The notes beneath the pieces were generated by a model, which saw nothing but the letters and a program-made list of their open reading frames with translations, searched no databases and had not been told where the DNA came from. The translations under genes were made by a program, and so were the position numbers. This document shows, piece by piece, positions 10,401 through 15,709 of a DNA stretch of 18,604 nucleotides. Location: assembly GCA_043810925.1 (NCBI GenBank), contig JBDRNT010000146.1:1-18604 (forward strand), in the 5' to 3' direction. The DNA is from Candidatus Eiseniibacteriota bacterium. GTDB taxonomy: Bacteria; Arandabacterota; Arandabacteria; Arandabacterales; Arandabacteraceae. Within the stretch, counting starts at the first letter, position 1, and the number at the start of each line of letters is the position of its first letter.

Positions 10401-11930
10401 ACCTGCGCCCTCAACCTGGAACCATCCACGATGGGTGCCGTGGTCGGTGTCCTCGGTCGGTGTGATAACCGGCCTGTCTGAGACATCGCCTATGATCGAG
10501 AGGTCCTTATCAATGGTGATCAGGCCCTCAGGATAGGTGCCTCCCTCAACCGTCACGGTGCTTGCGGTCACGGCATTCACACCATCCTCGATGTTGTCAA
10601 ACGCGTCGTAGCCCCAGACATAGTCGGTGGCGTTCGCCGCATTGTAGACATCGACGGCGGCCTGGCTTATGAAGTCATCATCTACTATGACCACGGGCAG
10701 ATCATTCGTGGTGAATGAGAGCCCTGCGGTACACTCGCCACCAACCTCAGGATAGTGGTTGTTGGATGCGTACTTCCAGCCGCCTTCCGCAATCTGGGTA
10801 GCGCCCAGATAATAACCCATCTTGTTGATTGCGCGCTGGTGCGTGACCTGATCAAGGTCGGCAAGGCACATCGCCGCATAGGCAGTAGACTGCCAGTCTT
10901 CATCGCCGGCGTTGGCACCGTAGCAGTAGCTGATCGCACCGTTTGAGAGCTGACTGGCCAGCAACCTGTCAACCAGGCCCCCGATCTCCTCTGGGTGAAC
11001 ACCGGCGGCGTCGAAGGCATTTATCAGGCCTGTCAAGCCAAGTGTGTACCACCAGAATTCGACAGTACCATATTCGGAGTCCCAACCATCATTAACATCG
11101 GGCCTGAAGTAACCGGGTCCCCCACCATAGGAATCTTCATACAGTACCTCTGCCATGCTGTCTGCAGCGGCATCGTAATCATACGGGCCGGCTGGGTACT
11201 CTGCCGCCAACATCACCGCGGCTTGTACATAAGGTCCGATATCCCAGGGGATGATCCCATTAGGATAGCTCGCGCCGCGAACGTCCCGTATGTACTCTGC
11301 CCAGCCCTCGGCACCGAACGCGTTGACGCGACTATCGAACTTGGCCTTGGCCGAGTCCGCATACTCCTGAACCAGAACCAAAGCGCTGTAATCCAGCAGG
11401 AATATGATGTCGCTGGCAGTTCTATAGTCGTGCCGCGTGGTTTTGATGTGATTAGCCACATCGTCCATCGCCGTCAAGTAGGTCCCATCCGCAGTCTCAA
11501 GATAGGCGTAGTAGAGACCCGCTACCGTAGCGCCATAGAGATTGTGTGAGCTTGCGTTGACGGTGTGGTGAAAGTCATGCGGCGGAGACGTTACCGCCCA
11601 GTCCCAACCCGCGTCATCCGGGTCATCGGGGACCTCAGGGTCCTCACCGGAACCTTGGGTTCCATTTCCGGCGTTGTCATCTGTGAAATCGGCCTGCATG
11701 CCTTTCACATAGTCCGCTCCATCTGCGAGCGCCGCATCGAAATCCACCGGGTCGCCGAGCGCACCCAGAATCGGAAACCGAACCTGTGAACCCAGCAGAG
11801 GCCCCTGGAGTAGTTGCCCTTCAGCAAATGGAGAAACAAGAGGATGTGAAATCTCGTTGTCAGCCGCAGCCCCACCCCACAGCACTAACGCAAGCAGTAA
11901 TGCTAAAACCACAGACTCTTTACGTATCAT
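7446..11930 (-). CDS. Giant secreted multidomain protein (~1494 aa; start re-called to MIRKESV): QW-repeat alpha/alpha domain, beta-helix, cohesin-like, Ig, FN3, dockerin-like, cohesin-like, FlgD-Ig tail
   Basis: RBS GGAAGGAG before ATG 11930; signal peptide ending GAAA. Prenyltransferase/squalene-oxidase-like repeats LLASQLSNGAI and YLGATQIAEGGW. Beta-helix ~10600-9540 ending GNYWDD. Cohesin-like LMGADYKLNYDNTKLTF..GPGEIAEITF and FKGLSSEIAYD..GNGPVAVLTF. FN3 ITMNWTNP..YAYRGVVYD. Dockerin-like LGDLA..DGSVDAFDF / DDYIGFEDLMIFAMNYG (~8466-8227). Tail PNPF..YNIQGQAVRTL..WNGRDNQG..AGIYF. Confidence 0.9.
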   Translation of the reverse strand: MIRKESVVLALLLALVLWGGAAADNEISHPLVSPFAEGQLLQGPLLGSQVRFPILGALGDPVDFDAALADGADYVKGMQADFTDDNAGNGTQGSGEDPEVPDDPDDAGWDWAVTSPPHDFHHTVNASSHNLYGATVAGLYYAYLETADGTYLTAMDDVANHIKTTRHDYRTASDIIFLLDYSALVLVQEYADSAKAKFDSRVNAFGAEGWAEYIRDVRGASYPNGIIPWDIGPYVQAAVMLAAEYPAGPYDYDAAADSMAEVLYEDSYGGGPGYFRPDVNDGWDSEYGTVEFWWYTLGLTGLINAFDAAGVHPEEIGGLVDRLLASQLSNGAISYCYGANAGDEDWQSTAYAAMCLADLDQVTHQRAINKMGYYLGATQIAEGGWKYASNNHYPEVGGECTAGLSFTTNDLPVVIVDDDFISQAAVDVYNAANATDYVWGYDAFDNIEDGVNAVTASTVTVEGGTYPEGLITIDKDLSIIGDVSDRPVITPTEDTDHGTHRGWFQVEGAGVVVDLKNLVFDGSGQLIENCIRYQSGPTGTVENCDLSNIYWNHYTGLGVVLVDYTAYSGGSPLDVLPEFYVKDCTFSNIQRVHVSIFGVDKAYIQNCTFTGKGDGDSLDYGVEVGGGGSAEIEDGCVFTNCSGTAVSDGSVSGGILVSEYYGSPSIAVIDGCSLHNNAYGVVVGYDASDASTVTVNDCDIYDNDYGIGNSASGAITMTVTANEIHGNVTTGLYNECDNLVCVGNKFYGNGQNAEDDASGPNQFNSSCPGNYWDDFLLNGGYPTQYNVPGLAGSVDGCPLSIGVTLEPADALLECGETVVFHVMVDEFALDLMGADYKLNYDNTKLTFDNAVVGDLLNTGPGDYFFACQPGAGSIHVNSAHLSTGVDGPGEIAEITFTAIASTIPGSTSLTFSDTELRNSVNETLPGTWTGATVVIDCDDPSITVSLDAPPSPWTCYNETNVPTVDITATDDYDLNCIKYKIDTGSWENLICDLLGTSYATTDEPLPGYALLVDGTYTYYFKATDDAGNESALDSVTFTKDTVKPGPVTGFTTTVGHNKITMNWTNPATDVDRIYIYRNDWNIDYPEYAPGGDPGYPTVGSYDDVQDVGVVVTYVDASFTNTTRGIYAYRGVVYDCAGNYADPTAPYESDHDRSTSYYLGDLASMSASWLPNYDGSVDAFDFSPFSGCYWQTSPAPSCNEADFGPTIEPVRGRFGIPVPDDYIGFEDLMIFAMNYGNVAPVPPPLAATPGELVVGVSLFDDGLAEEAADYRVALREISETDATLQLALVVEGNQGFKGLSSEIAYDHEGLSLASVNATEALLSGDSQVLFMGDEIESTVKIDFAVLGGDVVIGGNGPVAVLTFVKNDGGASSVSIKSIDARDAANGNLTVGFEGGGEFKTTAPETFALKGNTPNPFSQATVIHYDVPRTASVMLTIYNIQGQAVRTLVSGVKEPGTHSTEWNGRDNQGRVVAAGIYFCELKSESFATTHKMMISR

Positions 11931-12107
11931 GACACTATAGCTCCTTCCTTTGTGGTCCTGCTTCCATCGGCCGAACCGCCAACAGACAGACCGACCGCTA
12001 ATTCCCGCAAAGTGTGCCAATCACGCTCGTGGTGTTTTCAGTTGCTCGCAGCTCACCCCCCTTCCACATGGAGAATCACACCCGGGCTATATGTCCGGAG
12101 TATTCGC

Positions 12108-12656
12108 CTAACGAAACAGGCTCTTGATGCCGCCCCAGTTGGTGACATCAAGGCTGGTTGCCTCCAGGATCGTCAGGCTGCCATCCTCGGTGACCACATC
12201 AACGTCCTGATTCAGGCTATCCCGGACATCGGCATTAATAAACACGAGGGGACTCTGGTAGGTGTTCACCCATGGACGACCAAAACACATTGTGAAGAGG
12301 TGTCCCGGCCCCGAGACAGACCTCGTCAGATCAGCACCGTCCACTGCGACGGTATCGATATCCTCTAACATCCCAGGCCTTACCTCGAAGAGGAAGCCGG
12401 TCTCATGCCCAGCAGAGGAGAAGATGTCGCCTTCCATGATGCTGTGCAGATTGAGCTCATCCGATCTGAATGTGATCTCTATCGTGTAGCCTTTGATGTC
12501 GGGAACCGGACCGATCCAGATCTCGGTGCAGTACAGCGTGTCCGTACAGGTGTCAACCTCTCCGTCATCCGGATCGAAGTGGATCGGAGTCTGCGCGGAA
12601 GCTGCGGATGCAACTGCCAAGATAATGCAAAGGCTGAACAGCATTCGCAAGGTCAT
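12108..12656 (-). CDS. Small secreted cohesin-like protein with C-terminal WGGIKSLFR tail (182 aa; start re-called to MTLRML)
   Basis: RBS GAAAGGGG; signal peptide ending ASA-Q. Cohesin-like pattern IKGYTIEITF..EGDIFS..VAVDGADL..VSGPGHLFTMCF..DVRDSLNQ..EDGSLTI. Ends VTNWGGIKSLFR. The ORF-track start (12734) lies inside the predicted promoter. Confidence 0.85.
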   Translation of the reverse strand: MTLRMLFSLCIILAVASAASAQTPIHFDPDDGEVDTCTDTLYCTEIWIGPVPDIKGYTIEITFRSDELNLHSIMEGDIFSSAGHETGFLFEVRPGMLEDIDTVAVDGADLTRSVSGPGHLFTMCFGRPWVNTYQSPLVFINADVRDSLNQDVDVVTEDGSLTILEATSLDVTNWGGIKSLFR

Positions 12657-12718
12657 AGAGCGTCCCCTTTCTTTGAAACGAGTCAGTGAATCGTGCCCCG
12701 CAGAAGCCCGTGCAGCGC

Positions 12719-12747
12719 AGCATAGCATACCCAATAGTGTACGTCAA
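12719..12747 (-). promoter_or_regulatory. Sigma70-type promoter of the cohesin operon
   Basis: On the minus strand: TTGACG (12747-12742), 17-nt spacer, TATGCT (12724-12719) with an extended TGn; AT-rich sequence upstream. Confidence 0.7.
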
Positions 12748-13007
12748 CTACATTATTACAGATTTTACACTAGGTATTATCCTCTAATCGGCAGGCAAAC
12801 TGATTCCCTTTCCGGCGATTCACCACGCCGGATCATTACAGGCAGGAAAGCAGCAATAAATGGCATGCGCGCTTGATACATGAACTTATGTTCATATCGT
12901 CATGGGGAACGTGAATCCCATTCTCAAGCTTCGCCGGCACGATGCCAGATGTTTAAGCGGTAATTCGTGCACATACAACACCAGATAGTATCTATATCTG
13001 TATTTTC

Positions 13008-13036
13008 TTGACTATCAGAGCACAATGTGATACGAT
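13008..13036 (+). promoter_or_regulatory. Sigma70-type promoter of the divergent 357-aa gene
   Basis: TTGACT (13008-13013), 17-nt spacer, TACGAT (13031-13036) with an extended TGn. Confidence 0.7.
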
Positions 13037-13272
13037 GCCTGCACTCGTAGAAGCATCCTGAGCGCGAACAAATCAGTTCTGAATTGTCGGAGCGGAGTAC
13101 CGCTAGTGTCAGTGGCCGGGTTGGTCCGGCCCTGTTGAGAAATGTCGACTGTGATCGACCGAGCTGGGAGGTGATATCTCCGCTGGACTCCGCTGGCGGC
13201 CCATCGGATTGAGCGTGTCGGCAGGATCGGGAATCGTCGAATAACCAGAGGTTTCAGGAAAGGAGACGAATC

Positions 13273-14346
13273 ATGAGGGGAGTGCTACTGTTTGTCATCG
13301 TTGTTGCGATTGCTGCTGGTGCGTATGCCTTCGAGGCCACCGAGAGCAGGTTGCCGGTCGAGGTGGATATCGCCGCACCGGACGTCGAATTCTATTGTCA
13401 GCCACCGCATATCTATCTTCAGGTATACAATGCGAATACCGCTTTCGGCTCCGAGGTCGTAGACGATATCCCGGATGGATTCGTAGGCATGCAGATTCTC
13501 GATATCGTGTTCTATGTGAGTGAGTGGGGAGACTACTGGATTGATCCGACCGGTGTGTATGTGAACATCTACTACTCCGAGTGCGCACCCGGGCTTGTTC
13601 CTGATGTAGTGCTGTACTTCCCATGGGGCGATCTCATTAAAGAGGTGGTCTATGACAGTCCGGGAAGCTATACCTGCTACCGCTGCAAGGGGCTTCTGGA
13701 TTCACCTGTTGCCATCGTGGCAGATATGTCGCTTGGTTTCCAGGTGGACAACAGCTGGGGACAGGTGGTTCCCTACAGCGGCATCGTGATGACGGATGAT
13801 GCCATCACCTTCGGTGATTGCGAGTCCTACTGGGATGCAACCTACTGGGGCTACCCCCGGTGGACTGCGGGAAGCGACTACTTCGGTATTGCCCGAGATG
13901 TTGCTTACTGCCTGAGCGATGGCGCGCAGGGCGATCCATCCATGGACTACATCACGTGCTTGAGCGACTGTCATGAGACCGTGTACAAGTTCGACATCAC
14001 GGCCGGTGGCTATCCGGTGGACGATATGGAGATCTGTGTTTACGATCCCGATACCTGGAACCCGGTCCCGGTAGAGATTTGCAGCCATCCGCTCGACTGG
14101 GATTGTGGCTATAACTCCGGTCCGCACTGCATCTACTACGAGACGACCACTCACCCGTTAGCGCCGGGAGAGACATATGGCCCATTCGACTTCGGCATTC
14201 TTGGCGTCTACGACGTGCTTGCGGTCGTCTGGACCTTCACCTACGACGGTGTCGTTGTCGCAGGACCCGACACGGCGTACTTCATCTGCGGGGCCAGCGC
14301 GACCGAGCCGTCAAGCTGGGGAGCCATAAAGACCCTGTACAGATAA
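13273..14346 (+). CDS. Secreted hypothetical protein with C-terminal WGAIKTLYR tail (357 aa)
   Basis: RBS GGAAAGGAG; signal peptide ending AYA-F; acidic and rich in aromatics and Cys; ends ATEPSSWGAIKTLYR. The TAA stop is the first 3 nt of the 30-bp repeat. Confidence 0.9.
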   Translation: MRGVLLFVIVVAIAAGAYAFEATESRLPVEVDIAAPDVEFYCQPPHIYLQVYNANTAFGSEVVDDIPDGFVGMQILDIVFYVSEWGDYWIDPTGVYVNIYYSECAPGLVPDVVLYFPWGDLIKEVVYDSPGSYTCYRCKGLLDSPVAIVADMSLGFQVDNSWGQVVPYSGIVMTDDAITFGDCESYWDATYWGYPRWTAGSDYFGIARDVAYCLSDGAQGDPSMDYITCLSDCHETVYKFDITAGGYPVDDMEICVYDPDTWNPVPVEICSHPLDWDCGYNSGPHCIYYETTTHPLAPGETYGPFDFGILGVYDVLAVVWTFTYDGVVVAGPDTAYFICGASATEPSSWGAIKTLYR

Positions 14347-14373
14347 TTCGGTGCCAGCTTACTAATTAGGGGG
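14344..14373 (+). repeat. 30-bp direct repeat, right copy
   Basis: Identical to 131-160. Confidence 0.95.
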
Positions 14374-14423
14374 TCAGGCTTTGGAAGTTGGGAAAGCATT
14401 CCCAACTTCCAAAGCCTGACCCC
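14370..14423. repeat. Perfect palindrome (25-bp arms, 4-nt loop), REP/MITE-like; may also act as a terminator or RNA stabiliser
   Basis: GGGGTCAGGCTTTGGAAGTTGGGAA-agca-TTCCCAACTTCCAAAGCCTGACCCC; no U-tract follows. Confidence 0.9.
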
Positions 14424-14537
14424 ATGCGAGATATCTTACATCCTACAATTTAGTTGGTGGCACCCACAGGATCAGCCCCGGGTGGAAGGAGTACGGACTC
14501 CTCGCTCGCCATCGAAGTAGGGGTTTTCGGGTTTCGC

Positions 14538-14566
14538 GTGCAACAACGCACGCCGTGGGGTATAAT
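14538..14566 (+). promoter_or_regulatory. Possible promoter of the phosphoesterase gene
   Basis: Consensus TATAAT at 14561-14566 with a weak -35 (GTGCAA) 17 nt upstream. Confidence 0.45.
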
Positions 14567-14610
14567 GTTAACATGTGGTAGGTTGGTCGGGATCCGGCTG
14601 ACCGGACAGG

Positions 14611-15709
14611 ATGAACCATACGATGCGCATAACAGTCCCCGTATATGCAGTCATGCTGCTGGTGGTGATCCACCTGGCCATATCGCATGTTGCTGCCGAG
14701 GATAGCCCTTCCGTCCTGTCGACCGTATCCGCATGCGGCTCGGGCGCGACCGTACCCGTATGCGGATGACGAGGGTTCATCGTTTCTCTTTGCAGCCATA
14801 GGGGATTCCCACATCAGCACCTCCCCGATCGACAATCTCAGGTTCATGAAAGCTCTATCCATCTCCGGTAAACTCCTCGCAAACTACGTGCATGATATCA
14901 ACTCTCATGTACCCCCTGTCGATTTCGTGTTGCACCTGGGAGATATCACAGACATGGGATTGACCTGGGAGTTTGCCCGCGCACGGAGAATACTGGACAG
15001 CCTCGACTGTCCCGTTTACAGCGTACTTGGCAACCATGACAACTTCGGAAGCTCCCGGAAGCAATTCTGGAAGAAGTTTGAGGGTAGAGATTCAACAAGT
15101 TATACCTTGGACTATGGGGGATTCCATTTCATCTTCATCGATTGTACACCGGACCCCTGCGATCCTGCCAAGGTTGGTTGTGACGGCACTCTCCGGGCAT
15201 GGGTGGCACAGGATCTCGCCATTAATCATAGCAAACCGACATTCGTAATCTCGCATTACAACATGTGGACCAGAGGTTGGAATGCAGAATTCGACACCAC
15301 AGGAAGTTACGTTGAGCACACGGGAATGCCGGAGCTCCGGCGGGTTCTATAGCGGGCCGGGAATGTGATCGCAGTCATCAACGGTCATGTTCATGCTAAC
15401 AGGGTAGCGGTGCATAACGATATCTACTATATAGACATCGGCGCAACCCTTGTTGGCAGACCCAGTATCAGATATTTCCGTGTTTTTCCGGACAGAATCG
15501 AGGTAACCTACGAGTACATTTCTAACAGGAAATTGTTGGACCATACTGCCAGTCTCTGCCTTGCCTGCAAGCAGTGTTTCAATCCGCTTCATACCTCCGC
15601 ATTCATGGACGGCGATAAGAGTGACAAGGAGTTCACCATCCAGATCAAGGCGATCGCGCCCGAACCGGCAGGTGCAACATTGACGGCACCAGTCAACAAT
15701 CAGGATTGA
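14611..15709 (+). pseudogene. Secreted calcineurin-like metallophosphoesterase (CpdA/Icc-like), interrupted by an apparent frameshift (near or before 14769) and an in-frame TAG (15350-15352)
   Basis: Motifs GDSH, HLGDITD, LGNHD, ISHYN and NGHVH are split between the same-frame ORFs 14687..15352 and 15365..15709 (ELRRVL*RAGNVIAVINGHVH). A signal-peptide ORF at 14611..14769 (MNHTMRITVPVYAVMLLVVIHLAISHVAA..) is in a different frame. Confidence 0.75.

Noticed and set aside
1117-11930. Diversity-generating retroelement or recent DNA duplication between the giant genes
   Set aside because: The similarity is at protein level with many synonymous differences; I saw no near-identical template/variable pair and no reverse transcriptase.
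11931-12020. Longer ORF-track starts (12020; likewise 7433 and 12734)
   Set aside because: Downstream ATGs at 11930, 7364 and 12656 have strong RBSs and begin directly with signal peptides; the extensions overlap a hairpin, a promoter or leader sequence.
1137-12876. Numerous plus-strand ORFs up to 303 aa (e.g. 1969..2820, 4126..4815, 5350..6261, 8481..9110)
   Set aside because: Antisense shadows of long GC-rich minus-strand genes, with no recognisable motifs.
15350-15352. Genome-wide TAG reassignment
   Set aside because: TAG ends four operon genes exactly after complete C-terminal motifs (stops at 211, 6519, 7446, 12108).
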